A DNA stretch of 62,050 nucleotides, the filler included, from Globobulimina sp. (lineage: Eukaryota): the NCBI GenBank assembly GCA_003354225.1. It is 17 parts of 17 records of this genome, joined end to end, with 100 filler letters (N's around TTAATTAATTAA, not from the genome) between each part and the next. Parts side by side here need not be neighbours in the genome. Positions count along the whole stretch, not along the records: positions 43,887 to 47,440 come from PIVH01002521.1; positions 47,541 to 51,093 come from PIVH01002522.1; positions 51,194 to 54,746 come from PIVH01002523.1; positions 54,847 to 58,398 come from PIVH01002524.1; 13 more parts are not named here. One strand, given 5' to 3'. The translations under genes were made by a program, and so were the position numbers. The notes beneath the pieces were generated by a model that saw nothing but the letters and a program-made list of their open reading frames with translations, was not told where the DNA came from and did no database searches. Shown in pieces: positions 45,587 to 56,331 of this stretch (positions within the stretch are counted from its first letter, which is position 1; the number at the start of each line of letters is the position of its first letter).

Positions 45587-47140
45587 TTATTCACACGACT
45601 CACATGACCAACGGATACAAACCCAGTTACCTTGTATGTCACCAACGATATTCTTATTCCTCTTCTTATTCACTAATCTTTGATATAAATCTTGATGTTT
45701 CGATGATTGTTGGTGTTTCTGAGTGTGATCTGCAATTAATTCGAAACCATGAATGGTTTTATTTACATGGAATTCCCGGCTCCACCTTTCAATTCCTCGT
45801 TTATTTGAATTTAGCATATCATCCACCGATTGTTTCTGGGGAGAAACATCTGTTTTTGAGGACTGAATAAGTCCGATGCTGTAACGTAATTCGTTTTGTC
45901 CATTTATGAGATCTTGAATGTAGTTTGGTGGTGGTGGAGTAACCGGTTTCTTCTTCTCAGAATCCTCCATTTCATCATCAATTTCATGTATGTCGTCCTT
46001 GCGCCTTCGCTTTGACGGATGGAAATTGTCTAGTTCTTCCCACTCCGAACGTTTTCGAATCCGTGGGTTTGAATCCTTCAATAAACTCACTTTTCCATTC
46101 TTTACGTTATACGTTTCCTTGGGAATAACATTCAATGAATCATACTTTTTAATCCTTTTCCCATCGCCATCAATAAAACCTTTCTTACATAAAAACGTAA
46201 ATTGTTTATAATATGTTTTAACTACGGCGGATTTGAGTGGTTCATTGGTTAAACCCAATAAACGCCCGAATTTATTCGATGATGGGGCCAAATGATGAAA
46301 AACTCGATAATTTATTAGATATTGGACCATTCTGTGATTGTAGGCGTTAAATTCGCCTTTTACGTTTTCATAATTTAGTGAACGTTTTTGATAATTCGCG
46401 ATGTTTTGCAATAAGATTCGTCGATAATCAATGACTTGTTTTAATAATTTGACAAATTTAATCTCATAATCTTTTGCTTTATTTGCAGTCACAAATTGTG
46501 AATCTACGAATTTTCTCACATTTTCCATGTCCAAATTATCATTATTTTTCTCCTCAATGTCCGGAATAAAATCAATTTTTTCTTCTCGCGAAGCGAAATA
46601 ATCCTCGTTTTCATTTGGTACTTCCTCAACCTCTCTAATTGGTAGAGCAGGTTCGTCGTCATTTGAGTCAGAACTCTCATTTCTACCATTTGCACGTGAT
46701 TGGCGTAGCTCATTCGGGAAATCCCAACGTTGAATTAAATCGTCAATATCATATAATTCTAAACGTTTTTGCCACGTTCTCTCCCGTGGAGGAGATAACG
46801 TTTCCCAGAACCATACCTCATTTGTTAATAATTGATTGATATCATCATGATTTGGAGGGTCAATGTCCGGATTTGCTGTTTCAAAAGCAATTGCTTTGAA
46901 ATATGCATCATTGATACTTACAAAATCGGTATCAACTCCTTTCTTATTTCCATATGGTTTGATCATTTTTGTCTTAATTAAAGCTGCGATAGCAGCTACG
47001 CTTGTGCTTGATAATAACCCCCTGCGTGCCGCCGATTTAATTTTATTAATTACAATATGGTGTGTAAATTGCGGATTTGGGAGATGATAATATTTATCAT
47101 CAGGAACGTGTGTTCCGGTGACATAGACGCGATCTTCCAT
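45587..47140 (-). CDS. Hypothetical protein, possibly the 5' part of the gag-like gene
   Basis: 517-aa ATG-initiated ORF on the same strand directly upstream of 44242..45279. No recognised domain. Confidence 0.5.
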   Translation of the reverse strand: MEDRVYVTGTHVPDDKYYHLPNPQFTHHIVINKIKSAARRGLLSSTSVAAIAALIKTKMIKPYGNKKGVDTDFVSINDAYFKAIAFETANPDIDPPNHDDINQLLTNEVWFWETLSPPRERTWQKRLELYDIDDLIQRWDFPNELRQSRANGRNESSDSNDDEPALPIREVEEVPNENEDYFASREEKIDFIPDIEEKNNDNLDMENVRKFVDSQFVTANKAKDYEIKFVKLLKQVIDYRRILLQNIANYQKRSLNYENVKGEFNAYNHRMVQYLINYRVFHHLAPSSNKFGRLLGLTNEPLKSAVVKTYYKQFTFLCKKGFIDGDGKRIKKYDSLNVIPKETYNVKNGKVSLLKDSNPRIRKRSEWEELDNFHPSKRRRKDDIHEIDDEMEDSEKKKPVTPPPPNYIQDLINGQNELRYSIGLIQSSKTDVSPQKQSVDDMLNSNKRGIERWSREFHVNKTIHGFELIADHTQKHQQSSKHQDLYQRLVNKKRNKNIVGDIQGNWVCIRWSCESCE

Positions 47141-47541
47141 TCTAAGGAGTGACTGTTGTTGCTGTTTGGGAGGGACTGAGTTTCTTTTTCTTGGCAGAGT
47201 TGTTATTGAACTGAAGCTGAAGTTTTAATTTATTTGAAAAACTAATTTAAACGGAAACACTATTTAGTTATTGCGGCTTCTTATGTTCAATACCCAGATG
47301 ATTACAGGGGCAATATCTAGCATATTAAAATGTCACTGCTCATAAAAATATCTTATCAGAAAAGGTAGAGGATCGAACTCTACTGAATAAGGCCACTCAA
47401 TTCAACACTTGTGTATGACTTCTTTCGGGTATATCTGAAANNNNNNNNNNNNNNNNNNNNNNNNNNNNNNNNNNNNNNNNNNNNTTAATTAATTAANNNN
47501 NNNNNNNNNNNNNNNNNNNNNNNNNNNNNNNNNNNNNNNNA

Positions 47542-49911
47542 ATATCTTCATCATCGGCATCGGCATCGTCGTCATCATCAACAACAACAACAACTGAAAG
47601 CGACAGCGACAGTGACAGTAACAGTGAAAGTAAAGATGATGAATTGCGTATAATGGAATATCATAAATATTATAAAAATAGAGAGAAAACATTACAACAT
47701 GGCATGAACAACAGTGGACATAATAATTATAGCGGTACACCATCAAAAAGCTTAAGTAATGATTGGATGATCAATGCATTGAATGCAGACACATTTAAAA
47801 AACGCTATCAATGCACACGAAGTCTGATGGAAAAGGATTGCGGAAATAGCAACAAAATACCACAGACGTTTAATATTAATGGAACATCAAAGATATTGCA
47901 TTTATTTGCAGAGTGGTTAGAGAATGAGAAGCATTTTGTTGTTCGTAAGCATATATTACAATTATTAGTTCCATTGGCGAATGGTATGAATAGTATGAAT
48001 AATATGAATAGTTCAATAATTAAACAAATTGCAAAATCGTTAATAACTCGACAATGGTTGGAGCGAAGAAGAGGTTTTTTAGCATTGGTTGGACCGGCAC
48101 TAATTAGCATATATATTGGCAGTAATAATATGTGTGATATTTCAGAATGGAAAGAATGGCTTCTTTCGGCCTTATTATCGCCAAATATAGAAACACAAAC
48201 AGAATGTTGGGATTTTTTAGCGCATGTTATGGAATTATCGGTATTAAGAAAGAAATTGTGCGGATTAGAGTGGATTTACAATGATATAATGAAATTAGTC
48301 AAAGATGAAGAAATTTTATCCATTGCAAAAAATGTATTATTAAAAAATAAAGATAATAATCTACGATTAAGATGTTGTTTATTTATATATGGAATTGTTC
48401 ATTGTTTCAAAAAAAATAATAAAAAATATCAATCTGTTTATAAACAATTGTTACAATCCAATGAGATTAGTTTATATTTTTATGGAATTGTACAGAGTGA
48501 ATATAATAACATATTTATCCCATTTCACAATGAGAATGAGAATGAGAGTGAGAATAAGAATGAAAATGAGAGTGCGGAGAATGATGATCAATCTGTTAAA
48601 TGTATCAATTGTATGAAAAAAGAAAAGAAAATAAATCAATTATGTGATGAAATGAAGGGTTTAAAAGAAGTAATCTCTGGTTTAAAAATTGAAAAAAATG
48701 GATTTAAAAAAAATAAAAGAGAATGGATTATAAATCTAGAAAAAGCTAAAAAGATTTATAGCGAAAGGCTGAATAATAAGAAAAATATGGAGTTAGAATT
48801 ATTTGAATTAAGAAAAGAATTGTCTCAATTGAAAAAAATAAATAATAATCATTATAAAAATGATTTAATTGAATGGACATCAAATGATATCTTAGAATAT
48901 GTGGTATCTTTGTATAATGGCAGATATTTAAAATATGAAGAAAATATAAATACATTAATACAAGAAAATAATATAAATGGTAATGAATTAATAAGAAATG
49001 GAAATTTCAATGAAAGAGACTTAAGAAAATGTGGAATAAATAGATTTTTGGATAGAAAACAACTGGTTACCCATATAAATGAATTGATTAATCATTATAA
49101 AAAGGAAGAAGTGGGAGATAATCGGGATCGCGCACCATCGGAGTCTGTGTTAAGCGAACAATTAGAAGGTGCAATAAAAGAAAATAATGATTCCGATGAG
49201 AACAGCGATTCAGATTTAAACAGTGTCATTATTCATGAAGATGTGGTGAATAATGTAGATGTAGATGTGGATGCAGATGAAGATAAAGATGCAGATGAAA
49301 AAGTGATGGAAATCTATGAAAATATAGAGGTCGATTTAGTTATCGGTGCAGATGAAAAAGTGATGGAAATGGAATGCAATCAATGCTTTCAACTAAAAAA
49401 AGAAAGTGACGGATATGCCGATGATGAGGATGGTAGTTGGTATTGTTTACAGTGTTGGAATGAATTCAATGCACAGCAAGAAAATATTAATAATCAGTTG
49501 TTGGATATACTAATGAACGATGATGGCAATGTTGATGGGAATGATATTATTGCAGCAAAAAGAAAGAGTAGGAAAAGCATATTGGATAGTTACGATTTAA
49601 CGAAATTAATACAAGAAAAAGAAAGTGAGAGTCAATCTGTAGATGTAGAAAATGAGAAAAAAGAAGATATAAATGATAACATTGAAGATGATGAGGATGA
49701 GGATGAAGATGATAGTTATACAGATACCATAGAAGAGAACAAAAGTGATATTATAGATAATAAGAAATATTTAAATATATCAGTTAATGATCAGGCAAAT
49801 GATATGCTATTAGATCCAGGAAGTCCTCAGATTTTGTTGACAATGAGTCCAGAATCACGACTTCAAATAGACTGCAATGCAGACAGTGATTTTGATGATA
49901 TCACATTGTAG
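47542..49911 (+). CDS. 5'-truncated protein: helical (ARM-like) region, coiled coil, SAM domain, CxxC..CxxC ribbon, acidic tail
   Basis: Frame open from the contig edge. SAM-like EWTSNDILEYV...ENNING..L...DLRKCGI, then CNQC...CLQC. Confidence 0.65.
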   Translation: MSSSSASASSSSSTTTTTESDSDSDSNSESKDDELRIMEYHKYYKNREKTLQHGMNNSGHNNYSGTPSKSLSNDWMINALNADTFKKRYQCTRSLMEKDCGNSNKIPQTFNINGTSKILHLFAEWLENEKHFVVRKHILQLLVPLANGMNSMNNMNSSIIKQIAKSLITRQWLERRRGFLALVGPALISIYIGSNNMCDISEWKEWLLSALLSPNIETQTECWDFLAHVMELSVLRKKLCGLEWIYNDIMKLVKDEEILSIAKNVLLKNKDNNLRLRCCLFIYGIVHCFKKNNKKYQSVYKQLLQSNEISLYFYGIVQSEYNNIFIPFHNENENESENKNENESAENDDQSVKCINCMKKEKKINQLCDEMKGLKEVISGLKIEKNGFKKNKREWIINLEKAKKIYSERLNNKKNMELELFELRKELSQLKKINNNHYKNDLIEWTSNDILEYVVSLYNGRYLKYEENINTLIQENNINGNELIRNGNFNERDLRKCGINRFLDRKQLVTHINELINHYKKEEVGDNRDRAPSESVLSEQLEGAIKENNDSDENSDSDLNSVIIHEDVVNNVDVDVDADEDKDADEKVMEIYENIEVDLVIGADEKVMEMECNQCFQLKKESDGYADDEDGSWYCLQCWNEFNAQQENINNQLLDILMNDDGNVDGNDIIAAKRKSRKSILDSYDLTKLIQEKESESQSVDVENEKKEDINDNIEDDEDEDEDDSYTDTIEENKSDIIDNKKYLNISVNDQANDMLLDPGSPQILLTMSPESRLQIDCNADSDFDDITL

Positions 49912-50018
49912 ATAATTAACATTATGTTATACATTTTTACGTATTGTTGCAACTCACTCAAAAAAGGTTTGCAATTGCATGAAATTAGTTTTTTTTGCAT
50001 AGGATTTGAACTTCGTCT

Positions 50019-51075
50019 TCAATCTTTATCTAAATCATTATCAGCATCATCAACAATCATTTCATCATTAAATCCGCACCATGAAGATATACCAAATATA
50101 AACTCCCGAAATGAAATATTTTCATCGTTATTATAATCTAATTCCTTCATTCTTTGTTTAACAATGTGCGGATCTCTACATATGGCATTAAAAGAGCCCT
50201 CGAACTCTTTTAATGATATTTCACCGCTTCCATCCGCATCAATGGTATCAAACATGTTTTTAACAACTTCAAATCCCAATGACAATATATCAAATCTTAA
50301 CTCCTCTTCACTTTGTTTATTATCATCATCATCATCTTTTAGTTCATGATCAGGCAAAGGTAGTATCACTCCGTTATCATCATATTCCACTTCTGTGCCA
50401 CTGTTCTCTTTCTCATCTTCTTCTTTTACCTTCTTCTCTTTCTCCAATTTAGCAAAGTAACATAAACCAACGCCTAAATATAAGTAAATATAAATATAAA
50501 TATAAAAATAGTTAATTGCGATTTTGCGATATATATTTGTTTACCAATTAAAAGGCGTTGAAATGAGATATTGGTCTCCGATGCAGGATCTTTATAGAAG
50601 ATATTTTTTAATTCGTCATTTGTAAAGCACTTAGCACCAAAACCTAAGTATTCTAATATTGGATCCACTTTTTTCATATTACATTTACGTGTCATTCGTT
50701 GTTGTAATGATCGACTTGATTGTGACCGAGCAATTACTATAAAAGCATCCTCTACCAAACGATACGCTTTCTCCACGCGCGAAAATTGTAAGATAAATTT
50801 ATTCATCACACCTAGCACAAACATGCAAATTGCAAACAAATAAATGAAAAACAAAAAACATAGTCAACAATCTCAACATACCTACGTTGGTATTGGCTCT
50901 ATTGAATTTTTTCTATATTTTATAATTATTCAAACAAAATAGATAATTAACATTTTATAGTTTACATATATTTTAATTTGTTTACCTGGCTCTTTTTATT
51001 GTGTGCATGTTGGATGGTCACGTGAGTTTCCTTACTTTTCTCGTTTTTAAATAATCCTTTTTCTGACTGAGACAT
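50019..51075 (-). CDS. EF-hand calcium-binding protein, multi-exon
   Basis: EF loops DADGSGEISLKEF and DYNNDENISFREF. Upstream exons are separated by short GT..AG gaps. Confidence 0.75.
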
Positions 51076-51193
51076 GTTATGGATGTACAGACTNNNNNNN
51101 NNNNNNNNNNNNNNNNNNNNNNNNNNNNNNNNNNNNNTTAATTAATTAANNNNNNNNNNNNNNNNNNNNNNNNNNNNNNNNNNNNNNNNNNNN

Positions 51194-52246
51194 AAACATG
51201 GTAACCATTTATATTTCTGGCTTAATCTTTCAACACTATTTCTGCCTGTACATCTTGTATGCGAGCCATCTAAAGAAAATAACGCATCTGGCATTGGAAC
51301 ATTTTTCTTTTTCCAAAGCAAACGTATTTCAGCCATTAAATATGTGGATAAAATCTCAAATGCACTCCATTCGCACACTGAAGAGTTAGCATTGAAAGGA
51401 AAGTTTGATAAATTTCCATATTGGAACAGTTATAGAAATAACAGGTTCCAACTCAGCCATCCTTTAATCCAAGAAAAGTTAGACAATGTTTTGGCAAAAT
51501 TGAATTACAAACACAACAAAGAGATATTAGAGGAGGTTGAATCTCATTTATTAGAGATAAATAAAGTGTATATGGGTGATTTAAAGGTGATTATCGATCA
51601 TGCTTTGGACGAACATCGTAAATGGTGCTGGATTCAGAGTGAGTTTAGTACTCAGAAGAAAGCCCATAAATACACTTTAAACGTAGATTTAGAGAATGAC
51701 GACCAACAAATCATTGACAAGCACATAAAATTAATTTATGGTCGCGAGTACCAATTAGATCAAAAGAGATTATTTTTGCAAAACATTAGCAAAAACATCC
51801 AATTTCATATGCAAAAGAATAATGAAATTTATTTGCGTCCATCGATAGATCCAATTTATATGAATGCCGCAAAAGATTTGATTAGTAATCAAAAGAAAGC
51901 AAATAAAAACATCTCATCTACGAAACATAAAAATATCCAAAATAAAAATCGCAAAAATAAGCCATATAAAAACAATAAAAACACCAAAAATAACAAATCG
52001 TTTTTCACCAAAAACTTTAAATATGGCAAGAACAAAAACGTTAAAAACATTAAAAACAAAAACAAAAAGAAACCAAAGAAGCATTATAGCGATTTAACGG
52101 ATAAACAGAAATTCGGAAATTACAACAAGAATTTCTTAGATTTAGCGCCATCATTAAAGCCATTACAAATTAGATTGGATAGCAACGCTCAGAATATTAT
52201 TAATAACACAATGTCCGACGACGAGTCAATGAATGATAATTTATGA
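51194..52246 (+). CDS. PLE ORF1: helical region plus very basic K/N-rich segment (5' truncated)
   Basis: Frame open from the contig edge to TGA 52244..52246, in the same frame as the RT ORF. Confidence 0.65.
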   Translation, partial: KHGNHLYFWLNLSTLFLPVHLVCEPSKENNASGIGTFFFFQSKRISAIKYVDKISNALHSHTEELALKGKFDKFPYWNSYRNNRFQLSHPLIQEKLDNVLAKLNYKHNKEILEEVESHLLEINKVYMGDLKVIIDHALDEHRKWCWIQSEFSTQKKAHKYTLNVDLENDDQQIIDKHIKLIYGREYQLDQKRLFLQNISKNIQFHMQKNNEIYLRPSIDPIYMNAAKDLISNQKKANKNISSTKHKNIQNKNRKNKPYKNNKNTKNNKSFFTKNFKYGKNKNVKNIKNKNKKKPKKHYSDLTDKQKFGNYNKNFLDLAPSLKPLQIRLDSNAQNIINNTMSDDESMNDNL

Positions 52247-52264
52247 CAGTCCAATCATTTAAGA

Positions 52265-54322
52265 ATGCGCATTTCTGGTCGCTATCGATCAAAAACTCCA
52301 CCACCTCAATCTTCCAATAAATACAAGGAATATAGAAAAAAGAAAAGAGATTTTCCCAAATCTATATTCAATAAAACTGATTTGAAATCGCTTCCGTTCA
52401 TAGTACGTATTATCGGCCATAAAGGACGTAATTATACATTGGATAATCCGTCGATTAATAATTGGTCAAAAAACTTGAAGCGCTCAAAAACCGCTTTCAA
52501 GCAACGTTTATCAAAACATTTTAACAAATTATACAAAAATGATAAACGAGATTCGGAGTTTGAATTGAAAAAAGCATACGATTTTTTAGACATAAATATG
52601 AATCAACACATAAATAATAAGAAACGTAAATGCTTTTTCAATAAAAAATATTACATTTCAAGGCAGAATACAACGAAAGCAGTTCGCGGCATTTTGCGAG
52701 AAATAAAAAAGAACAAATATACCATCATCGAATCGGACAAGAAAATGGGAAGTGTTTATATCGATGTTTGTGTCCTGGACACCGAAGTTCTGAAGTTTTT
52801 GGATGGAAAACAATTCAAAATTGTATATGCATCAGATTTTAGTGTCGCAACCAAAGTCGCTTCGTTTGTCAGAGATATTACATTCAAACATATTAATTAT
52901 TTCCGTGAGATGTGGCAAAATGATCCGATTTATAGAGATTGGCAAAGAATTGATTCGGACGACAAAATATTGCCTCTCCCTAAGATTAGACCGATGATGA
53001 AATTGCACAAAGTCGGCTGGCGATTTATTTTCAATCCCGGCAATTTTTACACATTATTCTTGTCAGTGTATACTGGCAAACTTTTAGATGAAATGTTGAT
53101 GCTTTTCCAAGAAAAAAAGCAGCAATATATAGTATTAAACAATTCATTTGAAGTCATTAACAATTATAAAAAGATCAATATTGCAAACCATCCATTTAAT
53201 ATTACAGATAGATACAGTTTTGACTCCGATGTAGTCGCTTTATATGATTCAATGATTTTGGATCAATGTATTGATATTTTGCAGTATATTCAAGACGATC
53301 TAAATTATAATCCTTTCAAATACCATTTTATGATTGATTGCTTATTATTTTTTAAGGATAATACTTACATTAAATACAAAAATTGGACGCGTAGAATGGT
53401 CATTGGCATTGGAACAGGCACATCGCATTCCGGCCCATTAGCAAATTTATGCTTATATGGATATGAAATTAAGAATTTGAATACCTTTCTTTCCTCAATT
53501 CATTACAAGTCTCTTTGCGATATTCCTTTAAGGAAACGGTATATCGACGATCTTAAAACTATCATCGATATCGATTCTGAACAATTTGGCGATGAAATTG
53601 AGAAATTATGCTATTTAGAACATATATCCATTGCATTAAATGATATCTATCCTAAAAACCTTGTATTAAAAACAAAATATGCGAAAAGATCTATATTTTT
53701 GGACATGTATACAATTATTTGTCATCAAACCAATACAATCGTATCATTTATGCATGAAAAACCATTAAATTTACATATTAATTTACATTTTAATTCAAAT
53801 AATCCATTCAATCAAAAAGAATGTATATTCTTTTCTTTTCTGTTTAGATCCATTTGTTTGAATGATAGCGAATTAAAACACAAATCGTTTACAAAGAAAT
53901 TGATAAAAAGAATGTTAAACAGAGATTTTCCGGCCGTCGTAATTAGGAAAATACTCAAAAACCGTAAACTACCACAATATATTAATCGTGATAAATATTT
54001 GGAAAAATTAGAAAGTAATCGATTACAGAAATATTATCGGAATTTTTTGAAAATATACGATGAAAATATGTGGGGCCAAGATAAATTTTTAGAAGATGAA
54101 ATCTGGCAAAATTTAATCGAAAAATATTCAGAAGAAACGGACGACGATGACATTAAAACGATTTATTTCAAGAAAGTGTATCAACAGTTATTCGATGATG
54201 ATAATCGATTTAGAGATATTTTAAAACAATTTAAAAGTATATTACCTATTGATTTTGCAGAAAAGATTAAGCTCTCTATTTGCAATAAAACAGAAGATAA
54301 ACTCATGAGATATCTAAATTAA
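52265..54322 (+). CDS. Penelope-type reverse transcriptase
   Basis: ESDKKMG, KLHK..WRFI, DVVALYDSM, GIGTGTSHSGPLANL, RYIDD, IFLDM and thumb motif HEKP...LHFNSNNP...NRDFP. Confidence 0.88.
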   Translation: MRISGRYRSKTPPPQSSNKYKEYRKKKRDFPKSIFNKTDLKSLPFIVRIIGHKGRNYTLDNPSINNWSKNLKRSKTAFKQRLSKHFNKLYKNDKRDSEFELKKAYDFLDINMNQHINNKKRKCFFNKKYYISRQNTTKAVRGILREIKKNKYTIIESDKKMGSVYIDVCVLDTEVLKFLDGKQFKIVYASDFSVATKVASFVRDITFKHINYFREMWQNDPIYRDWQRIDSDDKILPLPKIRPMMKLHKVGWRFIFNPGNFYTLFLSVYTGKLLDEMLMLFQEKKQQYIVLNNSFEVINNYKKINIANHPFNITDRYSFDSDVVALYDSMILDQCIDILQYIQDDLNYNPFKYHFMIDCLLFFKDNTYIKYKNWTRRMVIGIGTGTSHSGPLANLCLYGYEIKNLNTFLSSIHYKSLCDIPLRKRYIDDLKTIIDIDSEQFGDEIEKLCYLEHISIALNDIYPKNLVLKTKYAKRSIFLDMYTIICHQTNTIVSFMHEKPLNLHINLHFNSNNPFNQKECIFFSFLFRSICLNDSELKHKSFTKKLIKRMLNRDFPAVVIRKILKNRKLPQYINRDKYLEKLESNRLQKYYRNFLKIYDENMWGQDKFLEDEIWQNLIEKYSEETDDDDIKTIYFKKVYQQLFDDDNRFRDILKQFKSILPIDFAEKIKLSICNKTEDKLMRYLN

Positions 54323-54612
54323 TTCTTTTTAGTTTGTTTTATATACTTTTTACCTTATTTAATTTTTCATTTCTTTCTATTTATAGATACAATGTAAATT
54401 CGCTATTTGTATACTTTGCATTGACAATGAAAAAGTTCACATTCGTTTTACATACTTTTTTATGACTTATTTGCTTTTGTTTGTTTGGTGTTTTTTTGAA
54501 ATTATGTTACCGTTTGTGTTTTTATTTTTGTTTCACAGCAAGTTGTGAAAGACTCAAAGTTTTTTTGAATTTTTATCAAGAAACTTTAAGTATTTACCTT
54601 TCACCTTATTTT

Positions 54613-54660
54613 TTAAAGTGTGAATCAGTCCTTGTTTGGACGAAACTAGTCACTAATTAA
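54613..54660 (+). ncRNA. Minimal type I hammerhead ribozyme, variant core
   Basis: TTAA-AGT [GTGAATCA] GTCC TTGTTT GGAC GAAA CTAG TC ACT-aa-TTAA: stem II, GAAA, palindromic CTAG stem III and a GUC cleavage triplet. Confidence 0.65.
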
Positions 54661-54846
54661 TATCAACAATTGTTTTATCATTTCGTTGAAGAGTGAATCT
54701 CGTCTCTAAATATAGTTCACTCTATCCCTTTAGACTCACGTATCCCNNNNNNNNNNNNNNNNNNNNNNNNNNNNNNNNNNNNNNNNNNNNTTAATTAATT
54801 AANNNNNNNNNNNNNNNNNNNNNNNNNNNNNNNNNNNNNNNNNNNN

Positions 54847-54970
54847 GGCTGCCACGAGACGCGGGGCAAGGCGCCCAACGCGGTCCCAAAGCCGTAATCG
54901 CCGCGCTCCGCCGAATAACGGGCAACATCGGAGATCGTCAATCCAACCTGGGCAAGCTCGTCCGGATACA
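54847..54970 (-). other. GC-rich bacterial-like coding fragment fused to eukaryotic DNA
   Basis: GC is abruptly much higher than in the flanking DNA. Open frame YPDELAQVGLTISDVARYSAERGDYGFGTALGALPRVSWQ. Confidence 0.6.
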
Positions 54971-54974
54971 ACTT

Positions 54975-56203
54975 TACCTGGTTTGGTGTGTGTACGGACT
55001 TTTTTGGTATATTCTTCGCAATCTCCTGGGCATTTTACAGAACAGATTCATCACAGAATGCAAACCTTACTGTCATTGGGCAAATATATTTGTATAAAAT
55101 ACTCTGTGGATCGTTACCCATCGCTGTATTCAGTTCAATATTCATGTATTTGTATGTTGCTCCAAGTTTAGAAACAGTTCATTATGTTTGACTGAATATA
55201 TATCCTTCCTTCCACTTAAATTAATACAGAATGGTTTGGAAAAGTAACCGAAATCACTGAGTCTGGCTGTAGTATATGTGCAGTTACATTCGCTTTGGTT
55301 ATGAGCATATTTGGATTTATTGTCGGTTGTTGTGTATTATGTTTATTATCTGAAATATTTAATTTTACATTGATTGCGCTATTTATTTATTATTTTGGAA
55401 CAACCCGTTTTTCAAAATATGAGCAAATTGAAGAGAATAAAATATTACAGGAAGTTATACAATTTATTTCTGATGGAAGATCTGATGAAGATAAAGCGTT
55501 GCGGGTTTTTGCTATCAACACTGAATATTATCATTCATTTTCAACACTGGGTAAACATCGTAAATTGCTACGATTTAAGTTTGCCGCTTGGATTGATACA
55601 ATTGAAGAAAATGAATCATTGGAATTAATAACTTGGGAAAATATGAGATTGAATGCAATGAACGAAGCACAACAAAGATATGCCAATTTTTGGAATCATA
55701 TATTGTTAAAAACGATGTTTGAACAATTGGATGAAGAAATAACCACAGCATCAAATTCCAATAATTGTATGTCTGCTTTTATACGATTAGGTGGATATAT
55801 TATGCTCTATTTCTTATTGCCATTGTATTTGCTGTCGAAAATTGTAACACTTTTATATCCGTTGATAATAACTGGTGTTGTATCTATTGCTGCTTTTGGA
55901 TGGGCTGAAATACCGATGTTTCAATTTATTATGTTAATAACCTATGTATTTATGATTGTGATTGTTATAACATTTGGTATTCCAACATTGCGATTATTGT
56001 TTTGGTTATGGCATATTGCCCCAGGCGATGAACATATTATTATGCAAAGAATACGAATGAAAAAAGTTGAAAATTATTATGATAAATTAATGTTAACACC
56101 ATTCATTGAGAAATTGGTGATCACAACATTTGGACAAGACGTTGGTGATATCATTATGGACTACTATAAAAACATTCGTTTGGAAAGAAATTCAAAGAAA
56201 TGA
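54975..56203 (+). CDS. Hypothetical multi-pass membrane protein, 5' truncated, one intron
   Basis: Hydrophobic ORFs 54988..55191 and 55295..56203 flank an intron-like gap at ~55187..55229. C-terminal TFGQDVGDIIMDY. Confidence 0.6.
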
Positions 56204-56331
56204 TGCCGTGAGCTCACAATAGGCAAACGTTGATCAGATATTTTTATACGTTTTTTGCATGTTTAAAAATATTTTCTCATTTGATGTTTAAGATCACACT
56301 AACAGACTTAGTTACTACTCGTTTGAAAATC

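Larger units (their letters stand above)
51194..54746 (+). mobile_element. Penelope-like retroelement lacking a C-terminal GIY-YIG endonuclease, 5' truncated
   Basis: ORF1, a PLE-type RT ORF, a T-rich 3' UTR and a hammerhead-like motif. Confidence 0.8.

Noticed and set aside
47358-47430. tRNA on the minus strand (T-arm TAGAG-TTCGATC-CTCTA)
   Set aside because: Only the T-arm is convincing. Acceptor and D stems do not pair properly.
54847-54970. Recent horizontal transfer of GC-rich DNA
   Set aside because: Short, at a contig edge and truncating a host gene, which is the pattern of a chimera.
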